This document shows, one piece after another, positions 42,772-55,300 of a DNA stretch of 64,000 nucleotides (the stretch's first letter is position 1; every line of letters starts with the position of its first letter). Location: positions 35,340,001 to 35,404,000 of the forward strand of contig OX597837.1 in the NCBI GenBank assembly GCA_951406725.2. The letters are read 5' to 3'. The stretch comes from Octopus vulgaris. Taxonomy: Eukaryota. The translations under genes were made by a program, and so were the position numbers. The notes under the pieces were generated by a model. That model saw only the letters and a program-made list of their open reading frames with translations, did no database searches and was not told the DNA's origin.

Positions 42772-42988
42772 GGCGCTGAGCTGACAGAATCGGTAGCACG
42801 CCAGGTAAACTTCTTAGTAGTACCTCACCTATCACTGTATTCTGAGTTCAAACTCTGCCAAGGTCGACTTTGCCTTTCATCCTTTCGGGGTCAATAAATT
42901 AAGTACTAGTAGAGTACTGGGATCAATGCAATCAACTAGTCCCTTCCCTCTAAATTTCAGGCCTTGTGCCTATAATAGAAAGGACTAC

Positions 42989-43024
<36 letters not shown>

Positions 43025-43515
43025 GGTGACAAGCTAGCAGAATCGTGGATGAAACATTTATTGAGGTGAGCTGGCAGAATCGTTAGCGTGCCGGATGAAA
43101 TGCTTGACAGTATTTCACCCAACACTACGTTCTGAGTTCAAATTCTGCTGACATCGACTTTGCCTTTCATCCTTTCGGGGTTGATAAATTAAGTACCAGT
43201 GAAACACTGGGGTTGATGAAATCAACTCATTCTCTCATCCAAAATGGCTGCCCTTGTGGCAAAATTTGAAATTATCATTATTATTATTATTAATAATAAT
43301 AATGTGGTGAGCTGGCAGAATCATTAGCATGCTGGGTAAAATGCTTAGCAATATTTTATCAACTGTTATGTCTTGAGTTCAAATTCCGCCAAGGTCGACT
43401 TTGCCTTTCATCCTTTCAGGGTTGATAAAATACCAGTCAAGTACTGGGGTCAATGTAATAAATTGCCCCTTCCCCACAAAAAATCCAGGAATTGTGCCTA
43501 TAGAAGAAAGGATTA
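42772..43515 (+). mobile_element. Three tandem family B SINEs filling intron 6
   Basis: Each has a GAGCTGGCAGAATC-type head, the family core and an (ATT)n tail. Confidence 0.82.
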
Positions 43516-43625
43516 TTATGGAGTGAGACAGAGAGATAAATAAAGGAGAAGAAATGGTGTAAGAGAGAGAAAGTGAAAGTGAATGAGAGGAGCAAAAATG
43601 AAAGAAAAGCTAGGAATTTCCTTAC

Positions 43626-43791
43626 GTATGAAATATGCTCCTTCATCTTCAACGATTCCTGCCAAAACTTTGATCCTTTGAAACCTTCTCTGTTCCCTCA
43701 TTTCCTTGGGAGGTCTGGGAAGGATTGAGCGGATGTTGCCCTGCAGGGCACCATCAACCACAGGACCCCATGGATTGCCAACCTCTCCGGG
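43626..43791 (-). CDS. Same gene, exon 6
   Basis: CTTCAG acceptor and C|GTAAGG donor, 166 nt. Encodes PGEVGNPWGPVVDG...KVLAGIVEDEGAYFI (PVVDG motif; triad Glu in DEG retained). Confidence 0.92.
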
Positions 43792-43981
43792 CTGAAGAGA
43801 AATTACATAATGGACATGTCAATGCTGATGGTGGAGAAGATGGTGACAAGAAAAACAAAAACAATGAAGACAAGGTATTAGGTTGATGCTCAGGAAAAAC
43901 TGAAGTACTTAACGTTTCAAGCAAACGCTCTCCTTCAGAAAGGATAAATGGAGAAACAGGAAAAATAAGGGGAAATGAACA

Positions 43982-44386
43982 GGCGCAGGAGTGGCTGTGT
44001 GGTAAGTAGCTTGTTTACCAACCACATGGTTCCGGGTTCAGTCCCACTGCGTGGCACCTCGGGCAAGTGTCTTCTACTATAGCCTCAGGCTGACCAAAGC
44101 CTTGTGAGTGGATTTGGTAGACGGAAACTGACAGAAGCCTGTCGTATATATGTATATGTATGTGAGTGCGTGTGTGTGTGTTTGTGTGTCTGTGTTTGTC
44201 CCCCCCAACATTGCTTGACAACCGATGCTGGTGTGTTTACTTCCCCATCACTTAGCGGTTCGGCAAAAAAGACCGATAGAATAAGTACTGGGCTTACAAA
44301 GAATAAGTCCCGGGGTCGATTTGCTCGACTAAAGGCGGTGCTCCAGCATGGCCGCAGTCAAATGACTGAAACAAGTAAAAGAGTAA
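43982..44386 (+). mobile_element. SINE family A, full-length
   Basis: Head through CAGTCAAATGACTG stem-loop and tail. Confidence 0.9.
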
Positions 44387-45166
44387 GCGTATCTCTATAA
44401 GACAGTCATTGAGTCAGTGCATGCAGAAGTGAGAGGAAGCGGAAGAAAAGGGGTTGAGGTATGGGCAGCAAGGGAGACAACATTGACCTGGCTTTATGTG
44501 TGTGTGTATGAAGCTATATTCTTTTATTTGTTTCAGTCATTTGACTGCGGCCATGCTGAAGCACCGATATATACTCAAGTGCTTATATGCACCACAAGTC
44601 CAAAATGAGAGGTTTTCTCGTGGCATGTAATGCAGGTTTCTGTGTTCCAACACTACATACAACTTTTTTTAAGTGGAGGATAAATATTATCTTCTGGTAT
44701 CAACACTGCTTCTGTTGCTATCAATTGTTTTTTTTAATAACACCCGCTGGCTATTTGCCTGCAGAGATATTGAGATTCTATGGATATTGCTGACAGAGGA
44801 ATCACTGCTTTCTCTAGCCTTGGGTATCTGCCATTGACAAGGCCAAGGAAGGCCGAAATCAAATGATCTGGCAGTCCCAGTGTGGCAATAGTGGACGATT
44901 ATCTCCTGCTAGCGATATATACACGTGTGCTTATATGCACCACAAGTCCATATGAGAGGATCTTTTGTAAATAACACTGTATCCCGTGTTCCAACACCAC
45001 ACCCACTTTTAAGTGGGGATAAATGTTATCTTATGATAATGATGATGGCAGCAATCCTTGAAGATAATTATCAACAACAGGGATGCTGTCAGCGCTAATG
45101 AGGGTTGAGGGAGTAAAAAAAAGGGGTTTCAAAGCCAATAAATGACCCCATCCAAGAAAAGCTTAC

Positions 45167-45368
45167 CTTCATACGAATCCAGGAAGAAGCATTAACGATC
45201 TCCATAGCTGAGCGCTGGCGGAGACACTTGATTAGACGGTAATTGTCATTGGTTGGGCATCCTAGGTTCAATCCCAGGTTGTAGGCATAGTGGGATGGCT
45301 GCCTTCACTTTTCACGGCCCACACATTACGATCAGAGCCACTCATCATAATAGCATAATCAAACAGTT
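45167..45368 (-). CDS. Same gene, exon 5 (apparent 1-nt frameshift near 45304)
   Basis: TTCCAG acceptor and AAG|GTAAGC donor. The first half reads KLFDYAIMMSGSDRNVWAVKSE and the second half HYAYNLGLNLGCPTNDNYRLIKCLRQRSAMEIVNASSWIRMK in another frame. The exon is 202 nt where 203 is needed. Confidence 0.85.
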
Positions 45369-45447
45369 CTGGAATGGTAAATATAGAAAAACGGAACAAT
45401 TAACAGACATCGAAAAATATAAAGATCTTTGCTCTCCTCAAATCTTA

Positions 45448-45851
45448 TACTCTTTTACTTGTTTCAGTCAGTTGACTGCGGTCATGCTGGAGCACCGCCT
45501 TTAGTCGAGCAACTCGACCCCAGTACTCTGCCGGTATTTAATTTACTGATAAGGCGGTGAGCTGGCAGAAACGTTAGCTCGCCGGGCGAAATGCTCAGCG
45601 GTATTGCGTCTGCGTTACGTTGTGAGTTCAAATTCCGCCGAGGTCAACTTTGCCTTTCATCTTTTCGGGGTCGATATATACATATATACGACAGGCTTCT
45701 TTCAGTTTCCGTCTACCAAATCCACTCACAAGGCATTGGTCGGCCCGGGGCTATAGCAGAAGACACTTGCCCAAGATGCCACGCAGTGTAACTGAACCCA
45801 GAACCATGTGGTTGGTTAGCAAGCTACTTACCACACAGCTACTCCTGCACC
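45448..45851 (-). mobile_element. Family A SINE interrupted by an opposite-strand family B piece (45553-45675)
   Basis: A tail at 45448-45523, B head and core, then A head at 45676-45851. Confidence 0.75.
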
Positions 45852-45908
45852 TTAATAATAATAATAATAATAATAATAATGATAATAATAATAATAATAA
45901 TGTTTTAC

Positions 45909-46094
45909 TTTGTGACTGAGGTGAGAGCAAATGTATTCCGACACTTGCAGCTCCTGCATCATGACCAGCAATGGTGATCTTGTTCGAGTCGCCTTGGAAG
46001 TTCCTAATGTTATTCTTGATGAAAAGCAGTGCACGCACCTGGTCCCACAGTCCATAGTTCCCAGCTGCCAATTGGTCTTCGGTACTCAAGAAAC
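45909..46094 (-). CDS. Same gene, exon 4 (nucleophile elbow GHDAG, Ser replaced by Asp)
   Basis: TTTCAG acceptor and GTAAAA donor, phase 1-1. Encodes GFLSTEDQLAAGNYGLWDQVRALLFIKNNIRNFQGDSNKITIAGHDAGAASVGIHLLSPQSQ. Confidence 0.93.
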
Positions 46095-46439
46095 CTGAAA
46101 TACAAAAAATAACAATAATAATAATAACAATAATAAAAAAAAAAACAATAACATGACTTATTGACATTGTTAGAGTTTGGCAAATTCATGAACGTGAAAC
46201 AATTCTTTGTTTGGAAACGTGAATTCCTCAGCAGAGAGAGCTATAAATAATTGCATGTGACAACTGGATTAAAAAGCCCTCGATTGGATTGCCTATGCTC
46301 AGTGCTCTGCAGGATGAAGACCGCAGCATGTTCTCTTCATTAATCACAGTCTGATGTAGGGGCCATGCATTTGAGCCTGAGATCATACTGGTTTGTTGAG
46401 CCTACTCCTCAATTTGGCTCGGATGATATAATATAATAT

Positions 46440-46815
46440 AATATAATATATAATGAAATTATTGTACAGTGCTCAGGTGCACCACAACTTGTCAGAAAGT
46501 GCATATAAAGTATATGCAGTAATGTACAAATGTCTGGAAAGCGAACAGTGTATGAGTCAGATACATGCTTGTGTGTGTATGGAGGGGAGAAAGATCAGGT
46601 GTAGTGTTGGTGAATCTCAGGAAGCATGGAAGTTTTGAAGGATGCAGTGCTCCGACAACTAGCAACTGATGGTGGCAGTTTGTTCCATGCTTCAGCAACT
46701 CTCAGCGTGAAAAAATGTTTCCTGAAGTCATGGGAGCTGTGCTGTTTTCTTACTTTGTAAATATGTCCACGGGTGGTAGATGAGTGGAGTTTGAAAAGGT
46801 GCTCAGAGTTATTGT
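46440..46815 (-). mobile_element. 3' end of a CR1-type LINE
   Basis: RKHFFTLRVAEAWNKLP motif and AT-rich tail; inverted homolog at ~54920-55285. Confidence 0.8.
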
Positions 46816-48599
46816 TTGACAGAATCCAACAGGTCCGAGTACAGCATCACACTCCAATGCCTATTTTGGCATGGTTTCTACAGCTAGATACTCTTCCTAA
46901 TCCCAATCACTCTACAGCGGGTGCATTTCCTGCAGCACCAGCACTAGTGAGGTTACTGGGTAACGTCTAAGACTAAGATCCTCTTAAACTGAGTGGGAGT
47001 ACAGTGGGGAGGGAGACGGCTTTGTTATGGGATGAAGGGTTACAGTGAGAGAAGGAACCAGAAAAGATTTCTTGCAGTAGAGGGGCTACACAGGTTGGGA
47101 ATGGGCAGGATAAAAATAGTGATAATGAGGGGTCAGGGCAGACCCTGAAGATACAAGGTGAGTAGAAGTTAGAGGAGACAGAAGAAGAGGAAGTGCAGGA
47201 GAAGATAGGTTGCAAGGGTGTATGAGAGAATGAGAGATAGTTAAAGACAAGGAATGGTTGAGAGGGTGAATAATATTGGGAGATGAACAGTATGGGAGAG
47301 TAAGGAAGAGTAGGTGACAATTGCAGAAATTGGGTGGGGAAGAAGAGTATAATAATTCATTCTACAAAAGGCACAAGGCCTGAAATTTGGGGGGAACTAA
47401 TTGATTACATTGAGAGGGACTAGTTGATTACATTGACCCCAAAAGGATGAAAGGCAAGGGTGACTTCGGTGGAACTTGACCTCAGGACATAAGGACAGAC
47501 AAAATGGAGCTAAGCATTTTGTCCATGGTGCTAACAATTCTTGTCATTGCAGACTATGCCACATAGCACTCTGGTGGTAAAAAAACTCTCAAGAGAGCTG
47601 AACAGCAGGTCTTCAGAGAAGAAATACCACTCAGGCCAGTGTGTTGGCCCTTAACAAAATAAATGAATATATACACACACACATATATATTTCTTTACTA
47701 CCCACAAAGGGCTAAACATAGAGGGGACAAACAAGGACAGACAAAGGGATTAAGTCGATTGCATCGACCCCAGTGCGAAACTGGTACTTTATTTATCGAC
47801 CCCGAAAGGATGAAAGGCAAAATACACACACATATAAATGTGCAGGCATGGCTGTGTGGTAAGAAGCTTGCTTCCCAGCCACATGGCTCCAGGTTCAGTC
47901 CCACTGCATGGCACCTTGGGTGGGTGTCTTCTACTATTGTCTCGGGCTGACCAAAGCCATGAGTGAATTTGGTTAACAGAAACTGAAAGAAGCCAGTCAT
48001 ATATATATGTGGGACTGAACCCGGAACCAAGTGGTTGGTAAGCAAGCTACTTACCACACAGCCACTCCTGCACCTATATAAAAAAAATTTATTACAATAT
48101 TTGAAAGTCACTCCAGTCTTGATGACTTAACTACAGGTATCTCAGAAAAATACAGGTGTTGCAGAAATATGATGGATCATCCCTGGGCCTAAGAAAAGGA
48201 CCATGGGCGCTAATGGGTTAATAAAATGGGAGCGTTGATAAGCATATTCAAGAGGTTTCCCGTCAACGAACTTATAGGAGAGATATTTATAGTGGTAAGA
48301 AACTCTTGCGCGAGCAGAACAGCAGAAGTTTTCTAAAGGAACCTCACTCAGGCAGTCCAGGCTACACCCAGGTCATGACTCCTGGGTACCCTTCTGCTGA
48401 TACCTTTTAGCCACTTGGATATCGGAGAGTCGTGAATTTAAACCGCTTGGAGAGTTTATCAAGCAGGAACTCCCCTCCGTTGACTCAGCATTCAAACTTA
48501 TTACTTTAAGAAATAAAACTGGTTGTCATGGTAGCGGTGCAAAGTCAACGCTATCACAACGATTCATTCAGAGTTACTTCCCTTAGCATTAAAATACAA

Positions 48600-48800
48600 A
48601 AATCAGTAATGGTGGTCGTTTTTATTCAACTTCGACCAGATCCAGATGGAACATCTCTTCTCTGTCTCTGATATTGCCCTTAGGGCTTTGGTCCTATTCT
48701 TCCCAGAGATTGGGAGTTGTTTCATTAGATCGTAAACAGATTTCTCCACAAAATCTCTGGCTCCAGACCATACTGCACTGTACAAAACCATACACAATGC
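48600..48800 (-). mobile_element. 3' fragment of a Hero-like RLE non-LTR element
   Basis: GARDFVEKSVYDL..ISGKNRTKALRAISETEKRCSIWIWSK resembles the Hero C-terminal pattern, from memory. Confidence 0.5.
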
Positions 48801-49712
48801 ACTGATTACACTAAAACACTCAACACTCTACAATATCATTCGATACCCCTACTCCAAGGCTTCTTAACCACTTTTTTTTTTCACCTAAGAACCCCTCTGA
48901 TTATTATTTTATTCTGGTGGACCCCCATAGCCATTTAAAAATTAGTTTTATTCAAACTTCTTTCAAAATTCCTTTTCTGTTTTCCACACATTAACTTCTG
49001 TTGGTTGAACTGTAAAATGTCAGAGAAAGAAACCCAGTTGTTTCTTTGCAATACATACCATTACATACATCTAAAGCAGGGATTCTCAACTATTATATGT
49101 CTATGGACCCCTTTGGATATTTTTTTCTGGTGGACCCCATAGCCATTCAATGTTTAAAAACTAGTTTTATAGAAACCACTTTCAAAATCCCAATTTTGTT
49201 TTTCACACATTAACTTCTGTTGGTTGAACTCTGTAAAATGCTAGAGAAAGAAACCCAGCTGTTTCTTTGCAACATACACCAATACATATATCTAAAGCAA
49301 AAGTTTTTCAGGAGCCCTTAGAATACTATTGTGGAACCCCAGTTTACTATTGTTATGTGGACCCCCAAAACTTTTATATAGACCCTCAGGGGTCATATGG
49401 AATTCGGTTGAGGACCACTGCCCTACACCATTATGCCACATCACTCCTCCACCTGATCATCAAAGAGGCCTCTATGAGGTCAGTCAACCTGCTAGAAATG
49501 GCAACTAAATCTCCCTCAGACAACACACTGAAGGATGCACATTGAACAGTGCAGTCTTGAGTTCCCTCCAAACAGAAAAATAATTAACTGGGCTGTCACA
49601 TCTGGAATACCTTTGACTATAAGTCCACTCAAAGTTTAACCTGGGGTTAAACAATAACAATTGCATCACCAACCACACTGCACCCCATTATATGACTCTG
49701 TGAAGTACTTAC

Positions 49713-49899
49713 CGAGGGCATTCAGTCGATAGTTCATTGTGACGACAACAACATTGCGTTCAGCCAAGAACAAACCAGGGAATTGCTGAGATGTCCCCAT
49801 GACATATCCCCCACCATGGATAAACACAAGGACAGGGTAGAGTGGCCTGTTGATTTGGCCCCAGCCATCTTGATGCGTGGTACCTTGTTGTGATGAAGC
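49713..49899 (-). CDS. Same gene, exon 3
   Basis: TTTTCTTTAG|GCT acceptor and CTCG|GTAAGT donor, 187 nt. Encodes ASSQQ...LYPVLVFIHGGGYVMGTSQQFPGLFLAERNVVVVTMNYRLNAL (HGGG oxyanion motif, NYRL). This frame is not in the ORF track. Confidence 0.93.
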
Positions 49900-50255
49900 C
49901 TAAAGAAAAGAAAAAATAATAATAATAAAGGCACAAGCCTGAAATTTGGGGCGGGGGGAACTAGTTGATTACATCAAATCCAGTGTTTATCGACCCCCAA
50001 AAAGATGAAAGGCAAGGTTAACCTTGACAGAATTTGAACTCAGAACATAGAAACAGATGAAATGATGTTAAGCATTTCACTCAGCGAGCTAATGATTCTG
50101 TCAGCTCACCACCATAATAATAATAATAATGATAAAAGTGCAAAAAATCGTGTTAACTGGAATGACTCATGTACTGAGAAGAGCATTATCGCTGTGAAAA
50201 CAACATCCATTCATGAATTTATTTATTTATTAATATTTTTAAATACATATTTTAC

Positions 50256-50306
50256 CTGTGAATTTGCGTGTGTAATCTGGGAATGTATACAATGAGCTTC
50301 TCTGCC
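50256..50306 (-). CDS. Candidate 51-nt cassette micro-exon (GREAHCIHSQITHANSQ)
   Basis: Pyrimidine-rich tract, then CATAG acceptor; CAG|GTAAAA donor. Phase 0-0, no stop, in unique sequence between SINEs. No homology support. Confidence 0.3.
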
Positions 50307-50705
50307 CTATGTGTTCGGAAAACACTTGGCAAGAAACGGAAGAAAATTTGAAGAAAGGAAAAAATAATAATAATAATAATGATGATCTTTTCTACTAAAG
50401 GTACCACACTGAAATCTTGAGGGAGGGTAGTAAGTCAAGAACAGCTCACCACTTTAATAATAATAATGCCATTGGTTTCTTATTTTGGTACAAGGCCTGA
50501 AGTTTAGGGAAGAGGGTGAGTCGATAACAGACACCAGTAATCAACTGGTACCTATATTATCAACCCCCAAAAGATGAAAGGCTAAGTCAACCTTGGCAGA
50601 ATTTGAACTTAGAACTTTAAGAAGGACAAAATGCCGCTAAGCATTTTGCCCAGCACAATCAGGATTCTGCCAGCTCACCAATAATAATAATAATCTTTTC
50701 TACTA

Positions 50706-51210
50706 TAGTGATCCCTCGCTACTTCGCGGTCCAACTATCATAGATTCACAACTTCGCTGATTTTTAATATATATATATATATATATGAATGCCTAAAATT
50801 TTTCATTAAATCCATTAAAATATTAATAATAAATGTTATTTCCTAGTCTAGGAACAACAAAACAAGTGTAAAATAGCAAAAAAGCATATACATGGGTATT
50901 TGAACATAAGAAGGGCTGTGATTGGTGCAATAGGAGAGAGACGATGAATCACAGCTTTCTATTTTGTATATCTGGCCTGTGTAACAGTGACAATCTTTAT
51001 TTTTGTAAATCTAAAGTGTTATTGCTTAACAGTTGTCCTTGTTATTAATAGACTACTGTAATGGGTGGGTTGTTAACAGTACAGGGAGGGTTTTAAAAGT
51101 CCAAATACACGTTAAATAAATACTGTAAATATGGTGTCCCTACTTCACGGAAATTCAGTTATCGCGGCCAGTCTCGGAACCAATCTACTGCGATAAACGA
51201 GGGATCACTG
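50706..51210. mobile_element. Tigger/pogo-like MITE
   Basis: TA-flanked TIRs AGTGATCCCTCG / CGAGGGATCACTG. Confidence 0.82.
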
Positions 51211-51430
51211 TATAAGTACAAGACCTGAAATTTTGGAGGAAGGGACCAGTTAATTACATCAACCCCAGTGCTCAATTGGTACCTATTGTATCACTCCCTA
51301 AAAGACGCAAGACCAATTGACCTCAGCAGAATTTGAGTGTGAAGATGGATAAATTGCCGCCAAGCATTTTGTCAGGTGAGTTAACAATTCTGCCAGCTTA
51401 GTATAGTAGTCGTAGTAGCAGCAGTATAGT

Positions 51431-51762
51431 GAAGGCACATAGCTCAGTGGTAAGAGCATCAGGCTCACAACCATGAGGTAGCGAGCTCGATTCCCAGACT
51501 GGGCTGTGTTGGATTCTTCAGTAAGACATTTCACGTTGCTCCAATTTACTCAGCTGTGGAAATGAGTTACAATGTCACTGGTGCCAAGCTAGATTGGCCT
51601 TTGCCTTTCTCTTTGACAATATCAGAAGCAGGGCGACCACGGGCTGGTATGCATGGGCAACTGCTGGTCTTCTGTAAACAACCTTGCCTGGACTTGTGCC
51701 TCAGTGGGCATCTTTCTAGGTGCAATGCCATGGTTATTCACGACTGAAGGTGCATCTTTACC
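51431..51762 (+). mobile_element. tRNA-head SINE (older family)
   Basis: A/B-box-like TAGCTCAGTGGTAAGAGC..GCTCGATTCCC. Confidence 0.65.
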
Positions 51763-51781
51763 CTTAGTAGTAGCAGTAGTA

Positions 51782-51988
51782 ATGGGTTGGTGCATAATTA
51801 TTGCAACTTTTTTTCAACAAATCTTATTCAACAAAAACATCTTTAAATGATTATTCCGGAGCATATTCACCATCTACTTCAATTACTGCTTCCCATTTGC
51901 TTGGCAGACGGTCAGACCGTCATTTAAAGATGTTTTTTGTTAAATAAAATTTGTTGGAAAAAGCTGCAATAATTATGCCCCAACCCAA
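51782..51988. mobile_element. Mariner-derived MITE with ~70-bp inverted arms
   Basis: TGGGTTGGTGCATAATTATTGCA..ATCTTTAAATGA / TCATTTAAAGAT..TGCAATAATTATGCCCCAACCCA. Confidence 0.82.
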
Positions 51989-52894
51989 TAAATTTTGACA
52001 CAAGTCCAGTAGTTTTCAGGAAAAGGAGTTAGTCAATACTATTGACCCCTCAATTTGTTACGTACTTTATCTTACCAGCCTCAAAAGGATGAAAGGAAAA
52101 GCAGATTGCAGCAGCATTTGAACTCAGAATTTAAGGGGCCAATTTTGCTTGACAGGCAAACAATTTTGCCAGCTTGATGCCTTAATAATAATAATAATAC
52201 TGACGGACTCTCCTATTGAAGATGACAGATGAGTGTTCAGCTTCTTTACTGAATGACCCGCACAAATGACTCGTTTCATAGAGATCAAATGTATGTGCCA
52301 AACATTAACTTATTCCGTCCATCAAACCAACGTTGCTTGAACAGGTTGAAAGTGCCCCACACATCAGGTGTCCACATGATAGCAAAGCAACGCAAGATGA
52401 AGTGTTTTTTGCTCAAGAACACAACGCACCATCCGATCTAGGGATTGAAACCACAACCTTATGATTGCAAGCACAATGCCCTTACCGCTGGGTCGTGCAT
52501 CCTCTTATTTGAATAATAATAAGAGCACTCAGAAAGCGCAAACCTCCACCAGGGCAATACCAACATCCTCTCAATGATTAACCAGAGATGATTTTTAAAA
52601 TGAGGATATCTGAAATAAACTTGACTGCTCTCACCAATGAGAATACTGAAAATGAACCCAACCACTCTCTCAAAAATTAAGTAAAAAAAAAACAGGAAAA
52701 ATAATCCGGAATCCTTGTCCAGTACCAGATTGATCCCAAAATCTAATCAGTCCGTGCTAGTCACGAGACCAAACATCCCTGAAAGTTTCATCTGGATCCA
52801 TCCAGTGGTTCTTGAGATATCTTGTCCACGGACAAACAAACAAAAGTGACTGTAAACAATACTTCTGCCTTCGCTAAGGCAGAGGCAATAATAA

Positions 52895-53502
52895 TGGTTT
52901 CAAATTTTACCACAAGGGCAGAAGTCGATTAAATCGACCCCAGTGTTTCACTGGTACTTAATTTATCGACTCTGAAAGGATAAAAAGCAAAATCATCCTC
53001 AGCAGAATTTGAACTCAGAATGTAGCGATGGGCGAAATACCGCTAAGCATTTCGTCCAGTGTGCTAACTATCCTGCCAGCTCACCATCTTAATAGTAATC
53101 TTTTCTACTAAAGGCCCAAAACCTGAAATTTTGCGGGAAGGGATTAGTGAATTACATTGCCCCCAGTATTTTACTGGTACTTAATTTATCAACCCTGGAA
53201 GGATAAAAAGCAAAGTCAACTTCAGCAGAATTTGAACTCCTAACATAGGGGCAGACGAAATACCGCTAAGCACTTCGTCCAGTGTGCTAACGATTCTGTC
53301 AGCTCACCATCTTAACCTTTCTACTATAGGCACAAAACCTGTAATTTTGTGGGAAGGGATTAGTGAATTACATAGCCCCCAGTGTTTCACTGGTACTTGA
53401 TTTATCGACCCTGGAAGGATGCAGCAGAATTTGAACTCAGAAGGTGAAAGCAGATGAAATGCTAAGCAGTTTGCCCAGTGTGCTAACAATTCTGCCAGCT
53501 CA
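52895..53502 (-). mobile_element. Three tandem family B SINEs
   Basis: The core repeats at about 205-bp spacing. Confidence 0.8.
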
Positions 53503-53924
53503 ACACCACCACCTACTACTACTACTACTAATAATAATAATGTTTTCTTTATTATCCACGAAGAAATTGAGGATGGCAATGGATGATACCTTGTAGGATT
53601 ACACAAATAAAAAAAAAAACATGTAAACAAGAGAAATAACAAAAGCAAATTTCAATAATGAAAATTTCCCCTAAAATTGGGCAACCTTTGAGCGTTATTT
53701 GTGGAAACCCCACAAAACCATGGTCATCTGACAGCTGAGATAAGCACCTTAGTGGTCAAGGTGTCCTTCTCCAATCTATAGGCCCATTCACCTGGGTCAT
53801 GCTAACCTCTCTCTCAAGCACCTTGTGGTCAAGGTGTCCTTCTCCAATCTATAGGCCCTTTCGCCTGGGCCATGCTAACCTCTCTCTCGTCTACATTTCA
53901 ATGTAAATGTAAAGACAAACTTAC

Positions 53925-54074
53925 ATTTGGAGCATAAATATTCAAGTAAAGGCAGTCTTCATCCATCTCATGAAAGTCGGGGATAGTTTCACGGGCGTAC
54001 CATGGAGCCTGTGGACAGGCAGGGCCGAATTTCGTAGCCTTCCACAAACCATCCCATTCTGGTTCGTCGGGAAT
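53925..54074 (-). CDS. Same gene, exon 2
   Basis: CAG|ATT acceptor and AAT|GTAAGT donor, 150 nt, phase 0-0. Encodes IPDEPEWDGLWKATKFGPACPQ...MDEDCLYLNIYAPN, with the EDCLYLN signature. Confidence 0.93.
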
Positions 54075-54497
54075 CTGTTCCGGAGAGAGAATATAAAAGA
54101 GGACATTTAAGGACACACTTTGTCAGGTCAAAACAAAACTAAGAAAGAGGTAAATAGTAAAAAAAAAACAGGGACTTAACAAAAAAACATATGATAGGGG
54201 TCAGAAGACAAACAGAGTAAAGTAGGGGTTTAGTGAAGTAGTATTCGGGGTCAAAGACAAGCAACAATAGCTGTTTAGTATTCGGATTACTCTGCCAAAT
54301 GTTATGTTTGTTTACCTGAAACATGTAGAAAGTTTGGAACCGGATATGACTGGTTTAAATATTAAAGAGACGGTCTTAGAGCAGATACACAACATACTAA
54401 AGGAGGAATCAGAGAAAACAAGCTGTTTACCCCATCGTATGACACCAGCCAAGCGTACCAATTTTGTGTCTATCCACTAGCCTTACCATCAAGCTCC

Positions 54498-54719
54498 TTT
54501 CGTTACCGTATTTATTTTGAGATGCTCTGTGTTTCTTTGAATTATTTTAAATATAACAAAGAATTTAGTAAAATAACTTAGTCATCATTAAGCTAGTGCT
54601 GGGAACATAAATTATGACTAAGGTTTGGTGGAAGATTTGAATTCAAAACTTATGAAAACAAGACATTTGTACTAAAGAGCCACAGCCGGTTTCAGCCGGG
54701 TTGGTAACGAAAGGGTTAA
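54498..54719. mobile_element. piggyBac-like MITE (related ends at ~23060-23074, 29666, 29820 and 29952)
   Basis: TTTCGTTACC / GGTAACGAAAGGG-TTAA. Confidence 0.5.
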
Positions 54720-54739
54720 GGAAACCTTTTCTGCTGTTT

Positions 54740-55285
54740 CTTCAGTGAGGTGGGTTTGCAGGATCGAGTTTGGATCTTCGACTGAGAACACATTTATTTC
54801 CACAGTCAACCTCGGCTATCCTTGATGCGTACATTCGTTCCTGTCCTCCAGCAGAAGTTATATCTCGTATTTGTTCTTCTTGTTCTATCCAGCATAACAT
54901 CACCATCATCTTACAAACAATAACTCTGAGCACCTTTTCAAACTCCACCTGTCTAACACCCGTGGACATAATTTACAAAGTCAGAAAACAGCACAGCTCC
55001 CATGACTTTCGGAAACATTTTTCACGCTGAGAGTTGCTGAAGCATGGAACAAACTGCCGGCATCAGTTGTTAGTTGTCGGAGCACTGCATCCTTCAAAAC
55101 TTCCATGCTTTCTGAGATTCGCCAACACTACACCTGATTTTCTCCCCTCCATACACACACAAGCATGTATCTGACTCGTACACTGTTCGCTTCCCAGACA
55201 TTTGTACATTACTGCATATGCTTTATACGCACTTTTTGACAAGCTGTGGTGCACCTGAGCACTGTATACAATAACTTCATTATAT
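54740..55285 (+). mobile_element. 3' end of a CR1-type LINE
   Basis: Same family as 46440-46815, in the opposite orientation. Confidence 0.8.
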
Positions 55286-55300
55286 TATATATATATATAT

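Noticed and set aside
43905-43945. Further hammerhead-like strings (CTGAAGGAGAGC..GCTTGAAACG on the minus strand; also ~3336-3366)
   Set aside because: The core is disrupted and there is no convincing stem I; at most decayed Penelope-type remnants.
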